A stretch of 64,000 nucleotides of DNA from Terracidiphilus sp. (GTDB lineage: Bacteria; Acidobacteriota; Terriglobia; Terriglobales; Acidobacteriaceae). Position 1 is the first letter of the stretch. The number at the start of each line of letters is the position of its first letter. Under the pieces are notes generated by a model, which worked only from the letters and a program-made list of their open reading frames with translations, was not told the DNA's origin and searched no databases. Positions 18,233 to 27,872 of the stretch are shown in pieces. The position numbers and the translations under genes are program-made. Where the stretch lies: assembly GCA_049676965.1 (NCBI GenBank), contig JBAUBR010000097.1:606-64605 (forward strand). Direction: 5' to 3'.

Positions 18233-19183
18233 GTGACTCCCCAGGAACAACAACTCCTCGACTCGCTGGTCGAGCGCGTGAACTCCACCCAACTGCAGGA
18301 AAAAGATCCCGATGCGGAGGCGCTTCTCAACAAGGCGCTGGGCTCCAACCCCGATGCGCATTACATTCTTGCGCAAACCGTCTTGGTGCAGAACATCGCA
18401 CTGGAGCAGGCCAAGGCCCAGGTCGCTCAACTGCAGCAGGCACAGCAGGGGCAGGCGCAGCAGCCGCCTCGAGCGACGAGCTTCCTCGGCGGTCTGCTTG
18501 GCCATCGCGATCCGGCGCCCGCGCCGCAGCAATCGTACGTGCCTCCTCCGCCGCCTCCCGTGTACAGCCAGCCGGAGTATCAGCCGCCGCAGTATCAGCA
18601 ACCCCAGTATGCGCCGGTCGCATCCGGAGGGCCGAGCTTCTTACGCGGCGCCATGCAGACGGCGGCCGGCGTTGCCGCGGGCGCGCTGGCCTTCGAGGGC
18701 GTGGAAGCGGTCCTCCACGGCCTGGGCGGTTTTGGCCACTCAGCGTACGGATTTGGTGGGCCGGGGATTGGAATGGGTGGATTTGGGATGGGCGCGGGGA
18801 TGGGACCTGGAATGGGTATGACGGGAGCCGGCTTCGAACGCCCAGTCGAAGAGACAGTAGTCAACAACTACTATGACCAGCCGGGCGGCGGTCACGAAGG
18901 CTCGGGGTCGGGATTTACGCCGGGCGGGGAAGAGCAACACTTCCGCGAGTCGTCGGATGACTCGTCCAACCAGGGAGGGGCGCAGTTCGCGGATGCGAGT
19001 TACAACAAGTCGCCTGGCGGCGATATGAGCAACGATCAGGGCGGCTTCGATAACTCCGTTGCCGACGATAACTCAGGCTACGATAACTCGGGCCAGGACG
19101 ATAGCTCGGGATTTGACAGCGGCGGTGGATTCGATGATGGAGGCGGCGGAGGCGGCGGGGATGACGGCGGGGGATTGCTGTAG
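18233..19183 (+). CDS. DUF2076-like protein with a Gly/Asp-rich low-complexity tail
   Basis: GTG start 8 nt after GGAGG. N-terminus MTPQEQQLLDSLVERV...DPDAEALL...NPDAHYILAQTVLVQNIALEQA, and a G/M/P/D-rich C-terminal half. Confidence 0.7.
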   Translation: MTPQEQQLLDSLVERVNSTQLQEKDPDAEALLNKALGSNPDAHYILAQTVLVQNIALEQAKAQVAQLQQAQQGQAQQPPRATSFLGGLLGHRDPAPAPQQSYVPPPPPPVYSQPEYQPPQYQQPQYAPVASGGPSFLRGAMQTAAGVAAGALAFEGVEAVLHGLGGFGHSAYGFGGPGIGMGGFGMGAGMGPGMGMTGAGFERPVEETVVNNYYDQPGGGHEGSGSGFTPGGEEQHFRESSDDSSNQGGAQFADASYNKSPGGDMSNDQGGFDNSVADDNSGYDNSGQDDSSGFDSGGGFDDGGGGGGGDDGGGLL

Positions 19184-19677
19184 GTGGTTTCCCGAAAAAT
19201 GGCCTTTGCACGCTGCCTGAACTGCCGCCTGTTCAAGGCTGTTTTTCGGCCTCATATCTCGTGAGGCCCAAGGAATTCCAAAGAATGCCGCGAATCGGTG
19301 GATTGCTGCACGGACCTCCGCAGGTCCCATCGAATTAGGATTCTCCGTTCGTTCGCCTTGCCTGGATCGAAAACATTCCCCGCCTTTTTGCAATTTCGGG
19401 GCTTGACACAGATCATGAAAATGATGTTTCCTTGTGAATACTGAATCAAGTTTATCTCCTGAAAACACCGGCATTACAGGTTAGTCTGCGTTGCCACGAG
19501 GGGAAAAGACTCGTGCGGAGGACAGGAGCAAGTCTGGCGGGAAAATGAGACGATATTGACCCGCCACTCAGACTCCCCCTTTGCAAGGACTTCTGGCGCC
19601 GTCGAGCACATTGCCTCTTTTTGCGGATCCGGTCGGTCATCGGACCGGAACGCTGTTCTCCGTTGCCTGGAGGCCTC

Positions 19678-20499
19678 GTGTTCAAGCGCATGATCGATGT
19701 GATTTCTGCGTTCCTGCTGCTCACCTTGTCACTCCCTTTGCTGGCCATTGCGGCCATTCTCATCAAACTGGATTCCGACGGCCCCATTCTTTTTCGCCAG
19801 GCTCGAATGGGACGAAGCTTTCAGCGTTTCCAGTTGTATAAGCTGCGCACCATGAATCTCGGCGGCGACGGCCCGGCTTACACCCTGGGCGCCGATCCGC
19901 GTATTACCCGCGTAGGGCAATGGTTGCGCCGCTTCAAGGTCGACGAGTTGCCGCAACTCTGGAACGTGCTGCGCGGAGATATGAGCATCGTCGGACCACG
20001 CCCGGTGATTCCCGAACTTGCCTTGGAATTCGAGACCGCTTACAAACGGCTGCTCGCCGTTCGCCCCGGTCTCACCGATCCGGCCTCGCTCAAATACTGT
20101 TACGAAACGGAAATACTGAAGGCGGTCCCCGATGCCTACGGCTACTTCAAATCCGTCGTGACGCCGGACAAGATCCGGATCTCACAGGCTTATCTTGAAC
20201 GTGCAAACCTCTGGAGCGACTTGGTTGTTGCAGTTCAAACGGTTCTTGCTTTGGCCTTGCCGCAGGTTCAGAAAAGATTCAGCGGGCCGATTCCGCGGCC
20301 GCAGCCCAAGCCGAAGACCGCGGGAGTGCTCTACTTTCCCGCAGGCGCGAGAAGCAACGCTGCCCAGGCGTACCTGGAGAACTTGTCGACGGCAACAAAA
20401 GTTGATTTGCCGCCGGCGATTCTTGAATTACCGCCGGCTATGCTGGAAAGTCCCAACCTGCCTCGGTCAGTTGCCAGAGGGGAGTCGCTGTCGGTCTAG
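19678..20499 (+). CDS. polyprenyl-phosphate sugar-phosphate transferase (bacterial sugar transferase family) with a roughly 80-aa C-terminal extension
   Basis: [14 protein letters not shown]...LYKLRTM...[24 protein letters not shown] start after TGGAGG. Confidence 0.85.
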   Translation: MFKRMIDVISAFLLLTLSLPLLAIAAILIKLDSDGPILFRQARMGRSFQRFQLYKLRTMNLGGDGPAYTLGADPRITRVGQWLRRFKVDELPQLWNVLRGDMSIVGPRPVIPELALEFETAYKRLLAVRPGLTDPASLKYCYETEILKAVPDAYGYFKSVVTPDKIRISQAYLERANLWSDLVVAVQTVLALALPQVQKRFSGPIPRPQPKPKTAGVLYFPAGARSNAAQAYLENLSTATKVDLPPAILELPPAMLESPNLPRSVARGESLSV

Positions 20500-20651
20500 C
20501 GGGCTGCGGAAGAACTCGATTCACAGGGAGGCGAGGGGCTGCGCCGGCGGCTCTATGGTCCAAATTTCACACCGTCGCCTGAGTTGGTAAATTAATAAGA
20601 TGCCGGAACCGCGCCGCCGGCGTTCCTCCTGAATTAGACCCGAGTCGACAC

Positions 20652-21827
20652 GTGGCCAAAGTACGCCTTGATTCATGGAAATCGATTGCGGAATATTTGC
20701 GGCGAAGCCCGCGCACCGTGCAGCGATGGCACGCCGATTTCGGCTTGCCCGTCCACCATTTTGGAAGCGGCAAAGGCCCCGTCTTTACTTATTCGGATGA
20801 ACTCGATGCCTGGCTCTCCGGATTAGCCGCGGAGCCGGGCGACGGCAAAGGGCAGATAGAGGAGCTGCTGGAAGGAAAAAAACGGCGATCGATGGAGTTG
20901 ACGGCGCAAGGCGATGCCTTATGGGAGCTGCGCTCCGAAGACAATCTCAGCACCATTGCGGGGCTCTATCGCAATGCCATCGATCGCGATCCGGGCAATG
21001 CATCGGCTTTCATCGGGTTGGCCAACTCCCTCATCGTCGCTTCGCTGGTTGGCCTCATGCGCGGTTCAGCGGCATATCCGCGCGCCATTGAAGCCTTGCA
21101 GCGGGCCGTTCGGCTCGGTTTTGATTCCGCCCAGACGCGATGCACCGCTGCGTGGCTGCAGATGATACGCGAGCGCAAGTGGGAATCGGCAAGGGAAGGT
21201 TTCGACCAAGTTTTGATCCGGCAACGGCGCTCGTCTTTCGCTCTATGCGGCCGCGCGTTACTCCACGTCGTCGAAGGAAATCTCCAGGACGCGCTTCGCC
21301 GCCTCCAGGAGGCCTGGCGGCAAAACACTCTCGCTCCGATTTCGAGCGCATTTTTTTGCTGGGTTCAGTACCTGGCAGGCGATTATGAGCAGGCTCTTGA
21401 TACCATTGCGCATTCTCGGGCAGGCGGAGATAACAGCCTTCTGTCTACCGAGATAGAGGCTCTTGTCTCGATGCAGCCTGGTCCGGTTGCTCCGCTGCTC
21501 AAGCGTCTCGAAGCCGTGGCGGGCGCCAATCCGCAGAGCAAAATCCTGCAGGGCGCATTGGGATATGCCTACGCGACTTCGGACCAACCCAATCGGGCGC
21601 AGGAGGTCCTTCGTAATCTGCAGAAACTCAAAAGTGCGCCCTCATATCCACTTGCGGTCGTATTGATGGGCCTTGGCGAGCGGCATCAGGCGGCCTCTTG
21701 CCTCAAGGCATCTTTTGCTGAAGGGTCGCTGTGGAGTCTCGGCTTGCGCTTCGATCCAATCTTTCAGCCCCTGCACGGCGACCTTCGATTCGACTCGCTT
21801 TTGCGCAAACTTCCGCCCGCAGGATAA
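20652..21827 (+). CDS. HTH (excisionase/MerR-like) plus TPR-like repeat protein, putative regulator
   Basis: N-terminus WKSIAEYLRRSPRTVQRWHADFGLPVH, and a helical-repeat C-terminal two thirds. GTG start. Confidence 0.6.
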   Translation: MAKVRLDSWKSIAEYLRRSPRTVQRWHADFGLPVHHFGSGKGPVFTYSDELDAWLSGLAAEPGDGKGQIEELLEGKKRRSMELTAQGDALWELRSEDNLSTIAGLYRNAIDRDPGNASAFIGLANSLIVASLVGLMRGSAAYPRAIEALQRAVRLGFDSAQTRCTAAWLQMIRERKWESAREGFDQVLIRQRRSSFALCGRALLHVVEGNLQDALRRLQEAWRQNTLAPISSAFFCWVQYLAGDYEQALDTIAHSRAGGDNSLLSTEIEALVSMQPGPVAPLLKRLEAVAGANPQSKILQGALGYAYATSDQPNRAQEVLRNLQKLKSAPSYPLAVVLMGLGERHQAASCLKASFAEGSLWSLGLRFDPIFQPLHGDLRFDSLLRKLPPAG

Positions 21828-21844
21828 GGGCGGGACTTCGACCG

Positions 21845-23041
21845 TCAACGTGTAGCTTCGCGCATCACGTCTTCAACAACTTCGCAGGTTAGTTCGATAT
21901 GTTCTTCACACAAGGTAGGGTGCACCAGAAACATGAGACTTGTTTCGCCAAGCTCGCGTGCAATCGGTAGGCGGCTCGCTGGTCTCATCTCGGGAGGGAA
22001 GGCCTTTTCCAGATAGACTTCGCCGCAACCTCCATGCAGGCAGGGAATCCCGCGCCCCACGATCTCCTCGATGATCCGATCTCGATTCCAACCACTGCGA
22101 AGCGCCTCGGGCCGGACAAATACGTAGTACTTATAATAAGAGTGCGAGATACGCTCAGAAGGCGGGGTGACGCGCAGCCCGGAAAGTTTCTCGAAGCAAT
22201 TGCTCATTCTTGCCGCATACTTTCGACGAGTGCTCACCCAGAGGGGAAGCTTTCGCAATTGCAGCCGCCCGATTGCGGACTGAACCTCGGTCAACCTCCA
22301 GTTTGTTCCGAACGATTCATGCAGCCAGCGGAATCCTGGGGCATGAGTGCGGCGATAAACAGCATCGTAACTCTTGCCGTGATCCTTGTAAGCCCACGCC
22401 CGCCCGAACTGCTCGTCGGAGTTCAGGACGATCATGCCCCCTTCTCCCGCGGTGGTGAGAATCTTATCCTGGCAGAACGAAAATGCCCCGATGTCTCCGA
22501 TGGAGCCAACCGGCCGGCCCTTGTAAGTTGCTCCGATTGCCTGCGCGCAATCTTCAATGACCTTCAGACCGAATTCCCGCGCGAGATCCATAATCTCGTC
22601 CATCTCGCAAGGCCATCCGGCGAGATGCACGGGGATGATTGCTTTAGTCGCGGAACTCATGACCGACCGGATCGATTCGGCGGTGATATTCTGGCTGCAT
22701 CGATCTACCTCCGCGAATACCGGACGAGCGCCTACGACGACCGCGCTGCTGGCTGATGCTACGAACGTTCGCGGTGAGGTGATCACCTCGTCCCCGGGAC
22801 CAATCCCGAGAACTCTGAGCGCCAGCTCCAGCGCCACGCTTCCGTTCGCAAGCGCAATGGCGTGGCGCGTACCGGCATGCGCGGCAAACTCCTTCTCGAA
22901 TTCACGGCCTTCGTCGCCGGTCCAGTAGTTCACTTTGCCGGACGTGAGGACTCGTGTCGCGGCCTCCACCTCATCCGGCTCGAAGCAGGGCCAGCGCGGC
23001 AGGCTGCCGGCACGCCTTATAGATTTCACTTGAGTTGCCAT
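21845..23041 (-). CDS. DegT/DnrJ/EryC1/StrS-family sugar aminotransferase
   Basis: IEDCAQAIGATYKGRPVGSIGDIGAFSFCQDKILTTAGEGG, which includes the PLP-lysine region. Confidence 0.9.
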   Translation of the reverse strand: MATQVKSIRRAGSLPRWPCFEPDEVEAATRVLTSGKVNYWTGDEGREFEKEFAAHAGTRHAIALANGSVALELALRVLGIGPGDEVITSPRTFVASASSAVVVGARPVFAEVDRCSQNITAESIRSVMSSATKAIIPVHLAGWPCEMDEIMDLAREFGLKVIEDCAQAIGATYKGRPVGSIGDIGAFSFCQDKILTTAGEGGMIVLNSDEQFGRAWAYKDHGKSYDAVYRRTHAPGFRWLHESFGTNWRLTEVQSAIGRLQLRKLPLWVSTRRKYAARMSNCFEKLSGLRVTPPSERISHSYYKYYVFVRPEALRSGWNRDRIIEEIVGRGIPCLHGGCGEVYLEKAFPPEMRPASRLPIARELGETSLMFLVHPTLCEEHIELTCEVVEDVMREATR

Positions 23042-23766
23042 GTCCGTTCGTCCGCGCCTTCTATAACAGCAAGATCGCATGCCGCGTAGAGCCAGGCAGC
23101 TAAGTCCCCCAACGTTCGGAACTCGCGATCGGCGGCAAACTCGGGTAATCGCGCTTCCAGATCATGCCGCAGTTGCTGCTCCAGGCGCAGACGGGCCGTG
23201 TGCCAACCTAAGGCTCGTGGAGCGCAAAAGTCCTTTTCCGGATTGTCTCCGATGTAAATCAATTGCGTCGGCGGGATATTCCAAATCTCCATTACAGCTT
23301 CATAAGCGCGCCCGTGAGGTTTGCGAAACTCCATTCCCCAGGCATCGGTGACAAGGATCGGCGCAAATAGCTTGCCGAGCTTCAGAGCAGCAGCCTTGTT
23401 CGATTGGGCGGCAACGGAACCATCGGTGATCAGAGCAAGTCGAATACCCTTTGACTTAAGCCCTTGCAGCAGGTAACTCATCCCTGGCAGCAGTTGAATA
23501 ACAGGTTTGTGCGAACGATACATCTCCACCAAATCGCCAACATTCCATCGCAAACCCAGCTCAGGGTATTCCGCGACAAGGCAATCGAAGGCGTTGCCGC
23601 GCACACCCGCCTCGAACCCGCTCTGAAGAAACCGGAGTATGCGTTCGGCCGCGCAGCCGTCTCCTCCTATAGTCGCTGCGACGTAGCGGAATCCGCTCAA
23701 CGCGTAATCCCGCTCAAGATAAAGCGTATCGTCTAAATCAAATACAGCACCGCGGACTAACTCCAT
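23026..23766 (-). CDS. HAD-superfamily hydrolase
   Basis: The DxDxT motif in AVFDLDDTLY and the late IGDNPEKD motif. It overlaps both neighbours. Confidence 0.8.
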   Translation of the reverse strand: MELVRGAVFDLDDTLYLERDYALSGFRYVAATIGGDGCAAERILRFLQSGFEAGVRGNAFDCLVAEYPELGLRWNVGDLVEMYRSHKPVIQLLPGMSYLLQGLKSKGIRLALITDGSVAAQSNKAAALKLGKLFAPILVTDAWGMEFRKPHGRAYEAVMEIWNIPPTQLIYIGDNPEKDFCAPRALGWHTARLRLEQQLRHDLEARLPEFAADREFRTLGDLAAWLYAACDLAVIEGADERTWQLK

Positions 23767-24731
23767 AGCAACTCTTCCGTAAAGTGCTCAACATAATAAC
23801 GGGTCATATAGAGTCCCCTGCGGTATTTGCCGAAACAAGGCGTGAGCTTCTCACCCTCCATATTGCGAAGGATCCACTCGGGATACTTGCCGCCAGCGGC
23901 GTAAGTAAGAGGAAAGCCGCCGCCAAATCGTGCGTTGATTTCTGTGAGAACGGGTCCGCTCTCTGTAAGAAACGCCTGAATGGTAAGTGGACCGCGTCCA
24001 CCAAGTGTCGAGGCGAATTCCAGGACCTCGACCACCCAAGGACGCAGCTCCTCGTCGTCGATTGTGACGCCTTCAATCGACTCTCCGCCAAGAGTGCGCA
24101 TGCGCCGCCTGGGTACGAAGTGAATCGGCTGACCGTCGAGATCGAGTAGGGCATCAATTGTGACCTCTTGCCCTTCGAGTCTTTCCTGGATGATCGCGTT
24201 GGGTACCAACGGGAGCATCTCCTCCAGGCGTTCGCGTCGCAACGAATAGGCATCCTTACTTGCGCTTCCGTCGCGTGGCTTGATAAAAATCCGATCGGGC
24301 AGCTCCCTCTCATCGAGTCCACCGGGCAGCCAGGAACGCGGAACGCGAATCCCGGCCTCAGCGCAGGTGCGGACGGTGAGCCATTTATCGGATGTAACAT
24401 CGACTAACCGCGGAGATGAGACCAAAGCCAGGCATCGCTGACACTCGAAATGCCTGGAATTTCGCGAAAGAACTGGAAGCTCGGTGTCGATCGTAGGCAC
24501 AATGAGCCGAACGTTGTTGCTTTCCACCAGCGTGAGCAAGCTCGGGATATATTCGGGAACCAATACTTGCGGCAGATAATGTCCTGCGTCGGCAAGGTAG
24601 AGCGTCGGCGCCAGAGGGTTACTATCGGCTGCAAGTATGCGGCCACCAATTTCGTGTACTGCGGAACGAAAGAAACTCAACAGGGACGTCCTTCGTCCTG
24701 CGCAGGTCAATAACACTGTTGGACCATTCAA
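23757..24731 (-). CDS. ATP-grasp domain enzyme
   Basis: 324 aa with a carbamoyl-phosphate-synthase-L-like ATP-grasp pattern (FIKPRDGSASKD...IIQERLEGQEVTIDAL...EINARFGGG). Confidence 0.8.
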   Translation of the reverse strand: MNGPTVLLTCAGRRTSLLSFFRSAVHEIGGRILAADSNPLAPTLYLADAGHYLPQVLVPEYIPSLLTLVESNNVRLIVPTIDTELPVLSRNSRHFECQRCLALVSSPRLVDVTSDKWLTVRTCAEAGIRVPRSWLPGGLDERELPDRIFIKPRDGSASKDAYSLRRERLEEMLPLVPNAIIQERLEGQEVTIDALLDLDGQPIHFVPRRRMRTLGGESIEGVTIDDEELRPWVVEVLEFASTLGGRGPLTIQAFLTESGPVLTEINARFGGGFPLTYAAGGKYPEWILRNMEGEKLTPCFGKYRRGLYMTRYYVEHFTEELLWS

Positions 24732-24843
24732 AATGTTTTCCGGACCTCTTGATCAGACTCCTCGCTGAGTATTCGGAAGCAGAGGGCGCATCTCAGCGGC
24801 AAGGCGGCAAAAATAAAAGCAAGCTGCGGAGGGATAAACCGAA

Positions 24844-25461
24844 TCAGGATTTGCCGTCGCTGCCCATGAAAGTTTCCATAGTCGCATGTCCAGGGCTGGA
24901 AACGCCTGAGCGCCTGATAACTCGCGATGCGGTTAGCAGGAGGACGCGAAGATCGAGGCCGAAGCTTTGGTGGTCGACATACCAAACATCTAGTGCGAAC
25001 CTCTCATCCCAACTCACCGCGTTGCGGCCGTTCACCTGAGCCCATCCAGTGATGCCTGGCGTTACTTCATGCCGGCGTGCCTGTTCTGGAGTATACCGTG
25101 TCAGGTATTCCACAAGGAGCGGACGAGGCCCAACAAGGCTCATGTTGCCTTTGAAAACATTCCATAGCTGCGGCAACTCATCCAGACTTAGACTGCGCAC
25201 CAACGATCCTATGCGGGTGAGACGGTCCTGATCCGGTAGCGATGCGCCGCGTTCGTCGCGTTCGTCGGTCATGGTACGAAATTTAAGGAGACAAAAGAGC
25301 TTTTCGCCTCGTCCTGGACGCATCTGGCGAAAGATGACCGGCGGGCCGAATTTGATCCGGATCACCAGCGCAATGGCAAGAAACAGTGGGGACAAAAGGA
25401 TGAGCAATACCGGGGCACTGACAAGATCGAGGGCGCGCTTTCCATATCTTCGGTAGAACAT
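24844..25461 (-). CDS. small monotopic phosphoglycosyl transferase (PglC/WbaP-C-like)
   Basis: 205 aa. [21 protein letters not shown]...LLKFRTM...[21 protein letters not shown]. Confidence 0.9.
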   Translation of the reverse strand: MFYRRYGKRALDLVSAPVLLILLSPLFLAIALVIRIKFGPPVIFRQMRPGRGEKLFCLLKFRTMTDERDERGASLPDQDRLTRIGSLVRSLSLDELPQLWNVFKGNMSLVGPRPLLVEYLTRYTPEQARRHEVTPGITGWAQVNGRNAVSWDERFALDVWYVDHQSFGLDLRVLLLTASRVIRRSGVSSPGHATMETFMGSDGKS

Positions 25462-25494
25462 ACGCCTGCATTCCTTTTCGGTCAGAAAGACATT

Positions 25495-26745
25495 CTAATC
25501 CGATGACAATTCAGGCCTGGCGCCGCTGCTCCCCAACGCGCTTGAGACCAACACCCTCTCGAACCGGTCAACGCCGGAGGAAATCGATAGATTCCGCTGA
25601 TAGAACGCTTTTCCGTTACGACCCATCTCCGCCAATCGAACTGGCTCGGCTTCGGCCAACTCCTTCACTGCTTCAGCCATGCTCTGTGGATCGCCCGGCG
25701 GACAGGTCAGGCCTGCTCCAGCTGAGATGACCAGTTGAGCGGCGTCTCCGCTCACCGCCATCAGGAGCGGCCTCCCGGCAGCAAGGTACGCCTGCGTCTT
25801 GGACGGAATGGTGATGCGGAACAACGGATCGTCTTTCAAGTGCACGAGTAAGGCATCCGCCCCGGCCAGCATTCCGCCCATCGCATGCATAGGCTGGCGA
25901 GGCAGGAAGCGGACGTTGTCGAGTTGCATCTCCTCAGCCATTCTTTCAAGCTTGGCGCGCTCGACGCCGCCCCCGACAAGGACAAACTCCGCGGTCGGCG
26001 CCGTTGTTCGGCAGATCTTCGCCGCCTCAAGCACGGTTTCCAGCCCTTGTGCTTTTCCCATGTTTCCCGCGAAGAGAATGCTGAATCGGCCCTCTCTGCT
26101 GGCCAGGCGCATTGCAGGCTCATCGCCGAGTTTTATCGCATTCTCGTCGCACCAATTGTAGATGACATCGATTTTATCGCGGCTAACTCCACGGCTGGCC
26201 AGTTCTTCCTTGAAGCCAGGCGACAGCACTACGAGGCGCCGGGCGTGCCGATAAACGAACCTGCACATCTTACTCAGCAGGCCAAGAGCGGCGGTGTTAG
26301 TCATCATTCCTGTAGCCGCAACTGTGTCGGGCCAAAGATCTTGGATGTCGTAGACGAAAGGAGCTCTGCGAAGAACCCCGATAACCATGGCCGCAAAACC
26401 AACCGTAATCGGCGGATGGTAGACATACATCACATCCGGCTTGCGAATCAGGCATGTACCCATGACCGCGGCCGACACTGCAAAACTCGCATAATTGAGG
26501 ACTCTAAGTGTGCCGGATCTGTTGTGGCTTGGAAATAGAGCCACGCGCAACACACTTATCCCGTCGATTCTTTCACGAACCCAAGGCCGGATCCGATAGC
26601 CAGGATAAATCTTTCCACCGGGATAATTCGGAAAGCCCGTGAGCACCTCCACTTCGTGGCCGCGAGCAGCCAACTCTCGCGCAAACAGCAGCCCCTTGAA
26701 GGTAGGCTCAGGATCAAACCACTGCGTGAGAATGAGAATCCTCAT
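25495..26745 (-). CDS. glycosyltransferase family 4 (WcaI-like)
   Basis: MRILILTQWFDPEPTFKG...FPNYPGGKIYPGY, with a GT-B C-terminal domain. Confidence 0.88.
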   Translation of the reverse strand: MRILILTQWFDPEPTFKGLLFARELAARGHEVEVLTGFPNYPGGKIYPGYRIRPWVRERIDGISVLRVALFPSHNRSGTLRVLNYASFAVSAAVMGTCLIRKPDVMYVYHPPITVGFAAMVIGVLRRAPFVYDIQDLWPDTVAATGMMTNTAALGLLSKMCRFVYRHARRLVVLSPGFKEELASRGVSRDKIDVIYNWCDENAIKLGDEPAMRLASREGRFSILFAGNMGKAQGLETVLEAAKICRTTAPTAEFVLVGGGVERAKLERMAEEMQLDNVRFLPRQPMHAMGGMLAGADALLVHLKDDPLFRITIPSKTQAYLAAGRPLLMAVSGDAAQLVISAGAGLTCPPGDPQSMAEAVKELAEAEPVRLAEMGRNGKAFYQRNLSISSGVDRFERVLVSSALGSSGARPELSSD

Positions 26746-26798
26746 AGCGCCATCTAAGATACTTCTGCTCCTTGCCGGACTTCATTCATTTCGGGGAT

Positions 26799-27767
26799 TC
26801 AGCGCAGCTTTACATTCAGGTGGTAAACGTCGATCATCCATTCGGCAGTCAGGCGGAGGCCGTCTTCGAGGCTGTAGGAATTCTTGTGATCCAGATCGCG
26901 AACTGACTTGGATACATCCACAACCTTTCGCGCGGTAGTCAGGATTTCGGAATCGCGGTAGTGCACGAGTTTAGGATCCGCGCCGGTAACTTTCAAAATT
27001 ACGTCGGAAAGGTCTTCAATCGAGTGCAGTTGGTCGCCGCCAATGTTATAAGTTTCTCCAGGCGTGAAGTTTTCATTGATATTGGCGAGCGTGCGGCAGG
27101 TGTCGGTGAGGTAAGTGGAGGTTCTTGCGTGGCCCCGAAACACCGTGTAGGGCAGATTGTTGAGGGCGCAATACAAAAACCGGCAGTTTACCGAGCGGTA
27201 CGGGCTATAGTATTCACCCGGGCCGTAGGTGTTGAACAGCCGGACGACCACCGACTCGGTGCCATATTGGATCGCGGAATTTCGAATCTGCATCTCGTTT
27301 ACCCACTTGGTCATGCCATAGTCGTTCATCTGCTTGATTTCATGTTCGTCCATGACTGTTTCCACCATGATGTTCGGCCAATCGGCATATACCTCGGACG
27401 ATGAGAAGTGAATCAGCCTGAACTTCAACCTTTCCTGCAGACGAATAACGTTCTTGGTGCCGATCGCATTGGTTCGCCAGAGGATCTCATAAAAATCCTC
27501 TCCGTTCCAACGCCCAAATTCCGCGGCGCAGTTGTACACATAGTCAAACGGGCCAAGCCGTTCGAAAACGCGCTCGATTTGACGAAACTCGCCAATGTCA
27601 CACCGCGCGTATAGGGGAGTCTCGACGTCGGTGCGAAGCGAGAAGCCCACCTCGTCGGATTCGTGGCGCAGATCGCAGGACACGACCCTGTGTCCCCGCC
27701 TGCGCAATTCAGTCATGAGCTGTGCCCCAACAGTGCCCAACCCGCCGGTCACCAGAATTCTGGCCAT
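26799..27767 (-). CDS. NAD-dependent sugar epimerase/dehydratase
   Basis: ILVTGGLGTVG Rossmann motif and YGMTK catalytic motif. AGGAG precedes the ATG at 27767. Confidence 0.88.
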   Translation of the reverse strand: MARILVTGGLGTVGAQLMTELRRRGHRVVSCDLRHESDEVGFSLRTDVETPLYARCDIGEFRQIERVFERLGPFDYVYNCAAEFGRWNGEDFYEILWRTNAIGTKNVIRLQERLKFRLIHFSSSEVYADWPNIMVETVMDEHEIKQMNDYGMTKWVNEMQIRNSAIQYGTESVVVRLFNTYGPGEYYSPYRSVNCRFLYCALNNLPYTVFRGHARTSTYLTDTCRTLANINENFTPGETYNIGGDQLHSIEDLSDVILKVTGADPKLVHYRDSEILTTARKVVDVSKSVRDLDHKNSYSLEDGLRLTAEWMIDVYHLNVKLR

Positions 27768-27872
27768 GATTCTCCTGATCGTCTTTGCGATTGATTTAGT
27801 TAGGAAGAAGATCAAGCGGCAATCTCGCTACGATCTCAACACAACTATTGCGAAGCGGCGCGTATTTGTTCT

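Noticed and set aside
19248-19268. The hairpin GGCCTCA-N7-TGAGGCC after the DUF2076 gene, considered as a terminator.
   Set aside because: The T-run lies 5' of the stem on the plus strand, and an A-run follows it on the minus strand. It therefore does not fit an intrinsic terminator in either direction.
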